The position numbers and the translations under genes are program-made. A DNA stretch of 62,200 bases, counting the filler. It is 9 parts of 9 records of this genome, joined end to end, with 100 filler letters (N's around TTAATTAATTAA, not from the genome) between each part and the next. Parts side by side here need not be neighbours in the genome. Positions count along the whole stretch, not along the records: positions 1 to 14,548 come from SRR7504441_3098; positions 14,649 to 19,212 come from SRR7504441_3100; positions 19,313 to 22,790 come from SRR7504441_3101; 6 more parts are not named here. One strand, written 5' to 3'. This document shows positions 9,635 to 22,300 of this stretch, in pieces. Positions within the stretch are counted from its first letter, which is position 1, and each line of letters opens with the position of its first letter. The notes beneath the pieces are model-generated. The model made no database searches and was not told where the DNA came from. It saw only the letters and a list, made by a program, of their open reading frames with translations.

Positions 9635-10726
9635 CTACGGCTGTGGCATTGGAAGGCCATCCAAGACTACAACTATCCTGCTAATCTCGCCTTGAACGCC
9701 GGCTAGTAATCCTCGAGTCCCAGGCATTCCAAACCCGAATCGCTCCACCTCGTCACTGGTAGGCACCGCGTGGATCAGCTGGGTCGGTCGATCGACAGCC
9801 CCCTGCACCTTCCTACAAGAGAGCGTGTCCCATCCTATCCCGAACGGCTCGATCACGCCGGCGCACTGCGCACTGCTGGTGAGACAGTCCACCACAAATC
9901 CAAGCGGAACCTTCTGATTCTTCTTTTGCTTTGCAACCTTCCTAGCTGCTGCAAGCTGTGCTCTGGACAGTACGCGCCGCTTTGAACGGACCCGAGCAAT
10001 CACTTCCCTATTAAGCCATCGATCAACAGCCTTGCTCTCTTTGAGGAACCAGGTGCGCGGTCCCCAGAGCACACACACTACTCGAACACAGCCTGCAAAC
10101 TCAGTCTCGTCTGCGTGGAAATTCTTCTGCGTGCCTTCTGCTGTGTTTCCAGTCCCCTTGAGCCTGATCTTGAACCGGCCACTCTCTACTAGCCGCTGCT
10201 TCGCCTCATCCCCGTAGCTCATTCCCTCCGCAACGCTGTCGAGCAGGGCAGGATGGTCGCGCAGCCACAGCTGCCGCCTGCCGCCGTCCTCCTCCCCATT
10301 CTCAGCTTGCCAGAACCCAGGGTCCCCGAGATCGCCCCCAGACCATGAGTGCGAGCACATGAGCCCAGCGACCTCGCCTATTGCCGCACGGGACAGGTCG
10401 AACTGGATCGAGGGCAGACCGGCCCGGAGCACCGCCGCCGTGTCCGGGCCGCGCTCGGCCAGCAACGCGTACCCCACCTCCAGCCGGGCATTGACCCGCC
10501 GCTGCGGCGGCCCATCCACCTCCTGCAAGCCAGGAGTGTCTGCCCCGGCCGCTGCTTCGCACGGATGCAGCCGTTGCATTGCAGGGTCCGGCCCGTCGAC
10601 CGCTTGCGGGCCTAGCCGCCGGTCCACAGGCCGCCCGGCCCGGTCAATCCCACTGATCTTTGTGGTGAGAAACTCCGCGATCAGGGCGCGCTCCGCGGCG
10701 GAGGCCCCGGGAAGCGGGTCAGACAT
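9635..10726 (-). CDS. DUF1826-like (2OG-Fe(II) fold-like) protein
   Basis: NFHADE..VRVVCVLWGPRTWF and LIHAVP resemble the FHxD..RL.CTY.GPGTEW / LVHRSP signatures. Confidence 0.5.
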   Translation of the reverse strand: MSDPLPGASAAERALIAEFLTTKISGIDRAGRPVDRRLGPQAVDGPDPAMQRLHPCEAAAGADTPGLQEVDGPPQRRVNARLEVGYALLAERGPDTAAVLRAGLPSIQFDLSRAAIGEVAGLMCSHSWSGGDLGDPGFWQAENGEEDGGRRQLWLRDHPALLDSVAEGMSYGDEAKQRLVESGRFKIRLKGTGNTAEGTQKNFHADETEFAGCVRVVCVLWGPRTWFLKESKAVDRWLNREVIARVRSKRRVLSRAQLAAARKVAKQKKNQKVPLGFVVDCLTSSAQCAGVIEPFGIGWDTLSCRKVQGAVDRPTQLIHAVPTSDEVERFGFGMPGTRGLLAGVQGEISRIVVVLDGLPMPQP

Positions 10727-10823
10727 CTGAACGTGCCACCATGCCCCCGCGCCCCTTCTAGGCTGGTGTCAGTTATATAAAGTCAGTTAGAAACGGCCGG
10801 AATCTCACCGGCCACACAATAAA

Positions 10824-12042
10824 ATGGCCAGCCACCTGCGGTACGCGCCGGTGTACCTGTGCCTGCTCGTCACGATGCTGATCAGCGCCTGGCTCTCCAG
10901 CTGGTTCCGCTGGTCCGCTGTGATCTTCGTCGCGGTGACTGGCATCCGGCTAAACCTGGCGCGCAGCCGCGATCGGGAGCGATACCCCGCGGGCGTGCCC
11001 TATGCCGCGGTCGGTCCCCGTGGGGCGCCTGTCCTCTTCTTCATGCATGGCTGGCCCGACCATGCTGCGATCTGGGATACTTATGTTGGTGCGCCCTGGT
11101 CTGCTGGCCGCTTGCTGCTCACCGGCTGCGGCGGGCAGAGCACTTCAAGGGCAAGTATCGGTGCATCCGATACACCATGCCCGGCTACGGCAAGCCCACT
11201 GGACGGTTCGGTGGGTGGCGGCTCGGGCTATCTGCGAGCCTTGGGCGCAGATTGGGGCTATTCATTTGACGAGATGGCCGATATCACGGGACGGACGCTG
11301 AAGACCGCACTCGCCGACGAAGGCAAGGAGACGGCAGTAGTGATCTCACACGGTGGCCACCTGCGCTCCTGGGAAACATGAGCTTGTGGCGGCAGATTGG
11401 GGGGCGGTAGTGTCTCAGCTGATGTGTCGCAAGTACTCCAACCTGGTGGAGAAATTGGTGCTGAACGATGTGAATCTTGGGACTGAAATCCTTTGCGAAG
11501 GCAAGCACAGCTCAGGCTACCTCAAGATCACAATACTGTATGGGTTCATCTACCAGTACCTGCTTGCTTCGGCCTTCCTGATTTCTTCGATACCACTAGT
11601 CGGGATGCCCATTGCTAACACACTCGTACGCCAGTGCACTGACCACAACGGATCTCCCCTCTGCCAGGGGCCAAACCGGCCTTTGTCAACCGCAGAGAAC
11701 GTGTACTTTTATTTGTACTTCCACACAGATTTCTGGCTGCAATGGCTGGGCATTCGCGCGTCTTTTGATAAGCGTAACGGAATCAATCCCAAAGAGGTGC
11801 GCGACTTCCCTGTGTTTTTCATCTACTTCACGAAGTTGTTTCATGCCAAGAAGGTCGAGTTAGAGCTGATGCAGCGCGCTGATTGCGATGTTCTGCGTCT
11901 GAAGAACACCGATGGTTGCAATTACGATCATTGGTTCATTTACCACGAGTCAACCGGCAATGAGATTGCGCAAATCATCGAAACTTGGCTCAAGACTGGT
12001 CAAAAGAGAGAAAAGTATACAAGGAAGCCTACAGGCTTTTGA
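10824..12042 (+). CDS. Alpha/beta hydrolase, epoxide-hydrolase-like, with N-terminal membrane anchor
   Basis: HGWP oxyanion motif; introns 11089-11138, 11211-11250, 11353-11395 restore the SHDWG nucleophile elbow; C-terminal DHWF. Confidence 0.85.
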
Positions 12043-12185
12043 AGCCTTTGGTTGACGAGTAGAATATGGCTAGTTCGAATTTAGAGAAAGCCATGTACGC
12101 ACAATATTACTATACTGACTAAATCTTGATCGTTATTAATTACATGATTGTTTACAACTAGTCTACAGAATTGCGCGGCGTACCG

Positions 12186-14476
12186 TTAGCTGGTTAGTAC
12201 GGAACTCATTGTAGTCATGAACCGCTCCTTATAAGCATTCGGCGGCACACAAGACAGCCCATGCCGTTGTGTGCAGTGGATCACAGACTTGGCGCAAAAC
12301 TCGGCTCTCTTGAGCACATCGAATTGTTGCAGCATGTCGATCAGTCCAAGAGACACACACGGCGCCACCAGCGGCCCTCCGTCAGCAGCACACGCTTTAT
12401 CCCGGATCAGCCGCAACGGCCCTGCACCAGCCTGCTCCGGACTAGTCGCCACCACAACTAGCAGCGAGTAGTCCATTATCCCCCAGCCGCGCAACCAGGC
12501 AGTATCTCGTGCCAGTTCGGCCAACGTCGCCTGATGATCCGATGGATTCATCCGAATCGGCTCATCCAGATCTAAATCCTTGAGCTGGCCACCAGTGTCG
12601 CGCGCAGACCGGTGGACCCAAGAGCCTTTGAGATCGTAGCTGGTGAGTCGGAACCCAGCGGCAGCCAACTCGGCGGCAGGCAGCCCCCTGCTTACAGAGG
12701 CCATGACCACAAAGAAAACCAAGTCGCCTGCTGAGAAGGACCGTATCGCGTAGAGGCCAAACATCCTCGGGAGGAGCGTGTCGGGGCATTGCTCCAGATG
12801 CTCCAAGTAGCTGCCAGTAGCTCACAGCCGGCTCAGTTAGCAAGGTGCCTGGGCAGCAGCCGGAGCATGAGCTCAGCCTCCTTCTGAGAGAGGCTCTTAA
12901 CTAAGTATTGCTGGAAGCCCATCCGCAGTCAGAGCGACGCCGCGCAGGAAGGCGCTCACTGAGTCCTTTGAGAAGTAGAAGAACGAGCCAGAGCGAGAAT
13001 TGCTCATCTTCATCCGGAGTCCGTTGGATAACCAAGTGACCTGCGCCTCAATCAACCCCTTTGACACCACACGGCGCGCCTGGAGTGACTCGGTGTAAGC
13101 CGCACTCTCCACTCCAAACAGCCTACGGACCCGTGCGAACTGGCCTCCCGCAAAGTCCATAAAGTCGAAATCGCCTGGGCCGCGCATTAAAGCCGCTTAC
13201 ACACGGCGTACCGTAGCCGTAAACCTGTCCCACAAGCCGGGCCTTCCACGCACGAGTCTCAGCATGCTCCGTCTAAACCCTCAACCATCAGGCCTCGAGC
13301 TCAGGGGCAGGGCACCATTAGACTGTTGGCCATCAATGGCTCAGTCGGCTCGAACAGCATCCCGGTCCGGTCAGCTTCGCCAGAGGCCCGCCGTTTGAAT
13401 TCCTCTTGCCGCTCGATCGCTTCGATGATCCCTTTAGTGATGCACTCCATGCTGTCGGCCCTCAGCGCCGCGTCCAGCTCGTCCATCCCTTCAAGGCTGT
13501 CGAGCCGCCATGCACTGCCCACCAGCGAGACCCCTTGCGTGAACGGCGTGGGCATGCGGAGCAGCGCCACCCCAGTCCCGATCATGACGAGCTGCAGCGC
13601 CGTGCTGATTGTCCACACAAATGCCATCAGCCCGGGACTGGACGACTCTTCGCCCTTCTGCAGCTCAGCCGCTAGCTTGGGGTCGATGCAGCCGTAGAGG
13701 TTCTTAGTGAGCACCAGCAACATCCAGAGCAGCGACTCGCACAGCTGGGTGGTGAGGAATTGCACCCACATCCGCATGTACGCCCCCCTGACATCTGTAC
13801 TCCTGTGCAACCCCTCGCCAGCCACTCGACGTGCCAGCGACAACGTGTGCAGCGTGAGTCCGAACCAGGCCAAGGCCGTGAGCGACTCCACCCAGTCGCC
13901 CAGGCTTCTCAGGCTGGTCTTGCAGTCCAGCTTGAGCTCGCCGCAGAAGATCGACTCCCGCCGGCCGGGCTGAGCAGCCTGGAGCCCGACGAAGCTCAGC
14001 ACCATCAGCCAGACCACAAACCAGCATCGGGCCAGCGGGCCGCGCCCGGAGGCTTCGAACGGGTTGCGGAGGACCAGCTGCATGTGCGCCATCGTGATGA
14101 CCCCCCACGCAAAGATGGAGACGTAGCAGCCCTGCTCGAGAACGTAGTACGCCCAGCAGTGATTCTCCATCCAGCGATCTATCTGCTCTATCTGCCCGTT
14201 CACTATGAGCAGCTGCATCGCCAGCCCGATCAGCTGGGTGACCAGCATCGCCAGGCAGCGGTGCCACAGGCACACCCAGAAGGTCAGGCCCATAGTTTGC
14301 TTGGACCGGCGCAGGAACCCTTTGACCCGGCCGACCGCCAGCAGTGCCCACACCCACACCAGCACGGCCAGCAGCCCGCTCCCAAGCTGGACCGAGGCCA
14401 GCAGCAGCATGCTCGGCGAGTTCCAGCTGCCTTTCCCGGTTTCAGCTATGGCGGGCAGGCCGTGCTCAGCCGCCAT
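12186..14476 (-). CDS. GPCR-like multi-TM domain fused to a phosphatidylinositol-phosphate kinase (GPCR-PIPK)
   Basis: About 7 hydrophobic helices (13550-14420), then via 4 introns (including 12911-12959 and GC-AG 12811-12848) PIPK motifs SRSGSFFYF, YLVKS, TLLPRMFGLY, YDLKGS, IMDYSLL, IDMLQ. Confidence 0.85.
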
Positions 14477-14548
14477 CGGTCACTGGAACCTTTTCAGAAA
14501 ATCGGAGTTCAACGGAAGCCACACGGATTGCCACATAGCCAACGGACA

Positions 14549-14648
14549 NNNNNNNNNNNNNNNNNNNNNNNNNNNNNNNNNNNNNNNNNNNNTTAATTAA
14601 TTAANNNNNNNNNNNNNNNNNNNNNNNNNNNNNNNNNNNNNNNNNNNN
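14549..14648. other. Artificial contig linker N44-TTAATTAATTAA-N44
   Basis: Identical 100-nt spacer with stops in all six frames. Confidence 0.98.
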
Positions 14649-16562
14649 AACCGTTTGACGGCCGAGCTTGAGACCTGTCAGCAAGAGCTAGCCCAGAAGA
14701 ACAGCGTGGATAGGGCTAGCAGTTCAATTAAGCCAATTGAGCCTGTACAGGAGCCTGCCCCTATGCAGGCCATGCAGGAGCCTGTCACCTCCAAAGGCCT
14801 TCACCGCGCGGCTGACTCGGCTGTACTAGAGGCAGCTGTGGCTTTGAAGGATACTCAGATTACTGAGCTGAAGGCTAGAATCTCTATGATGGAGGCATCA
14901 TACAAGGATCTGAGTGGGCTGATGGTGGACGCAGAGAGCACTGCTGCTGAGCTAAGCCAGGACTTCCACGATATGCAGCAGCGAACCAGCCACGAAATCT
15001 CGGAGCTGGAAGCCCTGCTCATGGACAAGGACTCGGAAATTTGGCGTCTAGGCGCAAAGTTGGTTGAGCTGGAGGAGGTGGTGCCTGCCACCAGCACCCA
15101 AGCCACGCCTGCAAGCCCTGATAGCCTGCAGCCCGATACCCAGCAGCTCAGGGACGAGCTCGTGGCCTGCGAGGCCAAGCTGCTACAGCAGCAGGCTGAA
15201 AATAAGGCGTCTACTGACCGGATTGCTGAGGTTGAGCAGGAGCTACGACTTGCGCAGCGACCGTCACAGGGCGAATGCAACTCGCTTTTGCAGCTCGAAG
15301 GCTCAGCAGCCGATCTGCAGCAGTCCCAGCAGTCTCTTGCCCAACAATTGCGTTCGTTAGAGTCACACGCGGCTGTCATGAGAGAAGAGTATGGCACAAC
15401 GCTGAAAGGCTTCGAATCTGCGATGTACGAAGCTCGTGCATGGCTGCAGGAGGAGGCTACAAAGGTGCCGAGCTTGAGGCTACGAAGTTTGACGGCCGAG
15501 CTTGAGGCTTGTCAGCACGAACTAGCCCAGAAGAACAGCGTGCTGTTTGATCAGATTGCGGAGCGGCATCTGCTGCAGAGGGAGATTGGGCTAACAGTCT
15601 CGATGGGCACAAAGGTGATCAAGCGGTTGAGGGGTCTTCACGAGGGCTCCAAGAGCCCAGGTTTACGGCAGTCTTTCAGGGCTGCGGCGCTAGCTGGAGA
15701 GAGCCAGTTGCAGGAGCAGGCAGCCGAGTTGGCGAGTCTACGCGCTGAGCTGGTGAACGAGGCGGAGGCTGTGGATCTGATGGTCCAACAGCTACGGAGG
15801 GAGAAGAGTGCACAGATGGCCGAACTGAGACGTGGCGTGGAGGAGAATGTGAAAGAGACAGCCAGCCATTTGGAGGTGCGGGTTAGATTTTTTATAATGA
15901 CCCTCTGTTGTGTTGGATCTGAGTTTGGCTGTGGTTAGGTGATGGTCCAGGCCCTTTCCACGGCAGATGAGACCAAGGCAGTGATGGAGAGCCGATTAGA
16001 AGAGCAGGATCAACAGCTGAGCTTGCTGCACACCCAGCTGAAAGGCGCGGAACATGCCGGCCGGTTGATGCAGGCCAAGATCAGCGAGCTCGAGGTGCAG
16101 CGTGTCTCCTCACTTCGGGAGCTGGAGCGAGCATCCTCAACTCGACGTCAGCAGCAAGGCGAGATCGAGCAACTCAAAACTCGTTCAAGCAAGCTGGCAA
16201 AGTCTAGTCGAGCGATTCTGAGCCTGAAGGACATCTCTGTAGACTCTCCGAGTAAGATAATGCAGGCAATGGCAAGCGTGGCTAGTCATGTGCAAGTGGC
16301 GGGTGTGAGGTATCTTCTCTCAGTTACATTCAATAGTTTGCGGGCCAACTGGCAGAGAGCCGGGGCCGAACATATCATGAACAATCTGATGTGGGACGAG
16401 CACAATCCTGCCCCACCTGTAGCTCATGAGACATCTGCTCTCGAGTCGCTTCAAAGCCAGCACACTCAACCCCGCGAGGAAGCTGCTGCTTCAAAAACGA
16501 TATCTGACTTCAAGAAGAAGATCAACTCACTAAAAAGCCATCTCGCGGCTTCGAAAGGCTAG
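14649..16562 (+). CDS. Coiled-coil protein, 5'-truncated
   Basis: E/Q/L-rich heptads; intron about 15876-15938 links the two ORFs; internal 54-nt repeat (14655-14708 vs 15489-15542). Confidence 0.7.
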
Positions 16563-16637
16563 CCATCTTGCGGCTTTATTGCGGCTTTGAAAGGCTTGGA
16601 TCGATAAAGCGTAAAGGGTTATTGGTGTTGTACTCGA

Positions 16638-17264
16638 TTACTTATTACTCGACCGTTTGGAAAATCGAATTACAGTCGTATTTGCATTCACCGCACCGCG
16701 CCAACTCCAACAGAGGACGGGGAGGCCTAGATACCAGGCTACGGGGGTCAAAAGTGCTGCCATGGGGTAAAGTAAAGACTGCACCATGGTCACAACCGAC
16801 ACCATTAGTACCGTGACGGACCCTACCACAGGCAACGTGAATATTGTCCCGATGCCGAACGTGCAGACGCCAACAAAGAGCACGCCGATGGCCCACATGA
16901 CCGAAAGCGGCACAGCCAACACGCCCACCACGGCGCAGCACACAGCGAGGGGCTGCAGCAGTAAAATCGCCACTGGGCCCGCCACATACACAGCCAGCGC
17001 CAGGACCCGCCACAGCAGCCAGCGACTTCTTGTTGGTTGATGTTGCTGCTTCCAGTCGATGTAGGGACCAGAAAGAAGGCCTGCTGCTGCGACCGTAACA
17101 ACCACCGGCCACGCGATGAAAACGAGCACGGAGAGCACCTGAGGGCCCATCTGGTGCCGCTCATATTTGCTGTACTTAGCTTCCCAATCGCCCCGCAGTC
17201 GTAGGACATCCACAACCACGAGCTCCGACGCCAGCTGCACGGCCCACGCTGCGAGGCTCGACAT
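16638..17264 (-). CDS. Hypothetical membrane protein
   Basis: 208-aa ORF with several hydrophobic helices, divergent from the gene at 17428. Confidence 0.6.
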   Translation of the reverse strand: MSSLAAWAVQLASELVVVDVLRLRGDWEAKYSKYERHQMGPQVLSVLVFIAWPVVVTVAAAGLLSGPYIDWKQQHQPTRSRWLLWRVLALAVYVAGPVAILLLQPLAVCCAVVGVLAVPLSVMWAIGVLFVGVCTFGIGTIFTLPVVGSVTVLMVSVVTMVQSLLYPMAALLTPVAWYLGLPVLCWSWRGAVNANTTVIRFSKRSSNK

Positions 17265-17427
17265 GGAGGCCGGAGATGCCGGCCGTGAGAGATTACGGCT
17301 GCCCTGGTCGTTCCGTGTGCTCGATCGTTTTCGGTTGAAATCAAGAAACGGCTGTAGATCTCATCATGGTGACTCAGCAGCTCTAGAAGGAGCTCCGCGC
17401 TGACGGGCCTGGTGTGGTGGGCAGGCG

Positions 17428-19212
17428 ATGCGAAGGCCCGACCGATTCTCGGCCGCAGATATCGAGGCCATGCGCGTCCGGCAGGGCCCGACGGTGAGCA
17501 TCGTGGACATTCAGGCCGTCACCCAACTCCCAATGTCCGAGGATGCGACCGGCGGCTCTGTCCACCAGTCAATCAGCTGCCCGCCGGAAATGACGGTGCG
17601 CGAGTTCAGTGCCAAGGCTGCCGAGATCTCCGGCATCAGCCCCGCATGCGTACTCATCCACAAAAACGCCAGTGACCTGCCCCGCCGTTACGGAGCTGGA
17701 TTCTACTCTGTGGAGCTGGCACAGGACTTCTCCGCGGTGCCCGAGAGCGAGTTGGTCCGGATCCCGTCAACGCTCGGCGACCACCTGACTGAGCTTGTGG
17801 CCGCATCGATCGCGGCAGCGGCTGGCAGAAGTACGGAAGGCGAGTTCCGCCGGTACGAGGCCGAATGCGCTGCCGAGATTGAACGAAAACAATATGAGCA
17901 TCAACTGAAAGTACAGAATGCAGAGCAGACGCGCGGGTACTTTGCGGACCCGAAGGTTATGGCGCAGTACAAGCAAATGCTGAAATTTGGTGGCACGAGT
18001 GACGAGGCCGTACAGGCTCTAATCGATGAGCAAATGGCCGACCCCGGCGAGTTTGACCCGGCGGCCGTGGTAATGCCCCCGCCCCCGCAGGCCGAGGTTC
18101 CGTGGGGGAAGCGCCTGGCAGCTGCTGTGGTCACGATGCGGAGCCTGGGCATGCACAGGGCGGTGTCTGGGCTAATTGCTCAGCAGCTGGCGCTGCTCAC
18201 AATGCCGATCTCGGCTTGTCTCCCCGCACCGCTCCCGCCGCCCAGAGAAGGCTACGGCCCGGCTGGGCATCAAGACGAGGCAACCCTCTGCGGGGTGGCG
18301 GCTGCGATGGTGGTGTATGATACGCCGGATGGGCTGCCGGTAGAGTACAGTCTACCTATGAGAGTCACTGTCAACTCCACAATCTCAGGGCCAGCGCCTC
18401 GGCGGCACACTCTCACCGTCAATAACGCGGTCAAGCTAGCTCATTTTGTCCGGATGGTGCTGGCTGCGGAGGGCGTGCCGCTGCCGAGGGACCGTTACGC
18501 TAACCCGTGCACGATGACCATCGGGGGGGCCGGAGGCTTCCCTGCGCCCGATGGCTACCATCATGGAGCAGACGTTTTCAAAAACAACAGTGCATCGCTC
18601 GGATCTCTCGGGGTTAGCAACGGATGTTCCATCTCTATTGGGATTGACCATGGCGCACCAGCACCAATGGCACCAATGATGGGAAGGTAAGCTAAGCGGG
18701 CTCAGCTGGCATGACACATCGGGCAGGCCGTACACAGACGCACACAGCGGCAGGTCGGTCACTGCGTCGGCCAGCCCTGGGCTCAAGGCACCCCCTGTTA
18801 CCTGTGCGAGGCTGAGCCACTGCTGCAGGGCTGGGGCACTGCGCAGCCGCAGCCGCAGCTCGGAATCGAATTGGGCAACTACCGAGCGGCTGTAGCCGAC
18901 GGTTGGGTGAGCGACGCCCTGGCCGAGCACGCCTCGGTGAGCCCTTCCAGTCGGTCTATGGATGACCCTGGGGCAGGTGGCCTCGTTCGCAAGGCACCTG
19001 CTCGAACTGATGTCGCTTGGCGCCCCGGCTGAGCTGCTGACAGGAGCCACAGCGGCCGCACAGGACGAGGTCAGGCACGCGCAGCTCTGCTTTTCGCTGG
19101 CCTCGAGCTACGGATCCGGAGTGGTTGGGCCGAGTGCATTTCCAACGGAGACAAGTGCGCCCGGCAAGCCGTCTTTGCAGCGGGTGGCTGTGGCTGTGGC
19201 CAAGGAGGGCTG
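17428..19212 (+). CDS. Ubiquitin-like-domain protein fused to a GRP/EHASVA-type ferritin-like domain, 3'-truncated
   Basis: Introns 18687-18726, 18788-18828 (GC-AG) and 18937-18976 give MMGRPYTD..GW..ALAEHASVASFARH..GAPAELL..QDEVRHAQLCF..KEG. Confidence 0.75.
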
Positions 19213-19312
19213 NNNNNNNNNNNNNNNNNNNNNNNNNNNNNNNNNNNNNNNNNNNNTTAATTAATTAANNNNNNNNNNNNNNNNNNNNNNNNNNNNNNNN
19301 NNNNNNNNNNNN
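19213..19312. other. Artificial contig linker
   Basis: N44-TTAATTAATTAA-N44. Confidence 0.98.
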
Positions 19313-22300
19313 GCTGAGGCCATATCGCTCAACGACAGCAGCGCCGTTGCCAGCTTAGACTTGTCCAGGAACAAGCTTGGCGTCGAAGATGCCTCGGCAC
19401 TTACTGCCGCATTCGGGTTCGACCAACGGGCCTCGCCTTACGTTGGGCTGCGCTCGCTGAGGCTGCTGGGCTGCGGGCTGAACAGCACAGCAGTTGAGCA
19501 GATCCTGACCATGCTGTACGAGGGCCACTCAGAGGCGCTAGAAGAGCTGGGCCTGTCTGGGAACCAACTCGGGAGCGACAATTCGGAGCTGGTCGGCAAG
19601 TTGGTCGGGGAGGCCAGGAACCTGTCCCAGCTGCTGCTGGCCAAGGTCCAGTTTGACCCTGAGAGGTTCTTTAGTGGGATTGGGGACATGGCGATCGTGA
19701 ACAAATCAACTTTCTTCCTGCGTGAAGTCGACCTCTCTTTGAACCCGTCGGATGACTCCAGCTGGCTGCTCTACCTGGCCAAGATCATTGAGCTATGTGG
19801 ACTCAATTTTGAACGGCTCGAGCTGAATAACTCCCTCAGAGACACTGACACGACCGACCAGGCCAATGCAGCGCACGGGCTCGCGGCGCTCGTGTCTTGC
19901 AGGGCCATGCGGGATGGGCTGCTGAGTTTGAATGGCAACCCAGCTGGCCCGATTGTAGCAGCGCTGCCGGATTTAATGCTCAGGGGCAAGAGTCCGAAGG
20001 CAATTGCAGTGGCTGACTGTGCACTCGGGGATGAATCTATAGCCACCATCTTCAATGCACTCCGGAACCCGAACTGCGTAACGACCCAGGTGGACTTGTC
20101 GCACAATCTCATGTACGGCCCAGATATCCACAAGTTCCACCAGCGCCAGTCTGAGCTCACCTATGAGCAGTTCATAGAGGATCCGCTCTCTGCTGCTGCC
20201 GAGACAAGCGTGGCTGTCCAGGAGCGCAACATGGTGGCGTTTCAAGTGGGCGAGCTGTTTGAGAGTGAGCATGCCAAGATCGAGAAGTTTGTGCTCACTG
20301 GTGACCCTGAGGACTCGCTAGCGTTCGGGATCCAGCTGGCAATTCCGTTCTGGTCGTTACACAAGAACAAGACCATCACGCACCTTGATGTCTCCGGGAA
20401 TTTGATAGGAGACCATGGGGCTACGGCGCTCGCCGAGGCGCTCAAAGTCAACCGGACGATCACTGCGCTCCGCACAGACAACAACCGGGTCACGACAGAA
20501 GGCTTTGCTGCTCTGCGGAAGGCGCTGTTCAAGAATCGCAAGGTTGTCGACTGGCCGCCCGCTCAGAAAGACCTGGACAATTTCGTCCAGCTTCTCGCGG
20601 AGGCAAAGGAGGCAGCCACCCACGACGAGGAGGCAGCCCATGAGCTGGTCCGTAAGGCTTGTTCTGGAGGTCAGCAGAATCTGCCACTCAAGGAACGAGG
20701 AATCCAGCAGATTCGCACCACCAAGGAGATCTTGCGCAAGGTGGAGCGCGATGCAGTGAAAGTGCAACAGATTGCTACCCAGATCGAGGACGCAATCATC
20801 GACAATGGTATCTTTCAGGAGGAGAGGAGGAAGCAGCATGCGCTGGAGAAGGAGAACTGTACCCTAAGCAAGAGGCGCAATGCGTGGTGGTGGCATGCTC
20901 GAGAGGTGAGGGAGAAACGGGACGGTCTACGACAAGAGAGCTTTGAGCACGCCCTGATGTACAAAATGTGGTCTCAGAGAGCAAGGCTGCGGCGTAAGTG
21001 GAGCGAGAGGTGCAAACTGCAGGAGGAGAGGGAAGAGAGCTGCGCGTTCTTCAACTCTCCAGATCTCGGCTGGGCAGCAAGTAACATGTACATGACAGAA
21101 TGGAGTCACTCAGCGCTCTGGAAGCAAGTGCCGTACCATCAGAAGCCAGATTGGGCGGACTTGTACGAGGAGGGCCTGGCTCATTTCGAAGAGGAGCGTA
21201 AGTGGAAGGAGCAATACCCTCACCTCGAGATCTGGCTAGAAGAGGCCACGCCTGTGGAAAAGCCTGACGATTATGACGAGCTGGCAGAGGTGGAGCTGTA
21301 TGGGGGTAGAGGGCCGGAGGACCCATCGCATCATGGGCAGGGTGGGCACAGCAGGACCGCCCCTGTGCCTATGGGGATTCGTAGGGCAGCTGATGGCTGG
21401 CACCATGCAGTAGCATCTAAGTGGCAGCAGTACTCTGATGCTGCTGATGAACGAACGCTTTTGAACAAAATGAAGCCAATCCAGTACTCCAAGAAGATGC
21501 TAGCATGGCGCTCACAGTTGGCGCCACACAGCAAAGACATTACAATTGTGACTCAGCTGTCGATGGACAGGCTTGCTCGCCTGGAGGACATGACCAAGAC
21601 CTGGTCGGGAGTCATCTCGGCTGCAGTGCTCCTGCCACCGCAGCGATTCTACTCCCAGTGCACGTCAGCCATGGCGCAGCTGGCCTGTCTGCACCAGCGC
21701 GTCGAAGCGCGAGGGCAGTGCCGGCTGGACATTGCGGTGTTATACCAGCTGGAAAGTCCAGCGCGTGCGTATGACTCACTTTACCCTATCAACGCGCTCC
21801 GCAACCTGGCGCTCGACCAGGCGCGCACACCACTGGTGTTTCTATTGGATGTCGACTTTCAGCCATCCGACGATCTTTGCACAGAGCTCAACGAAGCCTA
21901 CGACACACTAGAAGCTGCAATGCACTCGAGAGTAGCTCTGGTGGTTCCTGCGTTCGAATGCTCCTGTCCAGCACGGATGCCCCGCAATCAGCCCAGCCTG
22001 ATTCAATCTCTCGACCAGAAGAGCACTGAGCTGTTCCACGTGGGCCACTTCGCAAAGGGCCACGCCCCGACCGACCTGCCTAAGTGGCGCACAGCGGATG
22101 AAGCCTACAGAATACCGTACCAGCAGTGCTTTGAGCCATATGTGATTGCCGCGCGCTCTTTGGTGCCACGCTACGACGAAAGATTCCGAGGTTACGGCAT
22201 GAACAAGATCGCGCACCTTCTGCACATGCACACAGACGGGTTTGACTTATGGGTGCTGCCTCGCCAGTTTGTATGTGCGCCGGCACACCCAAAGTCACCC

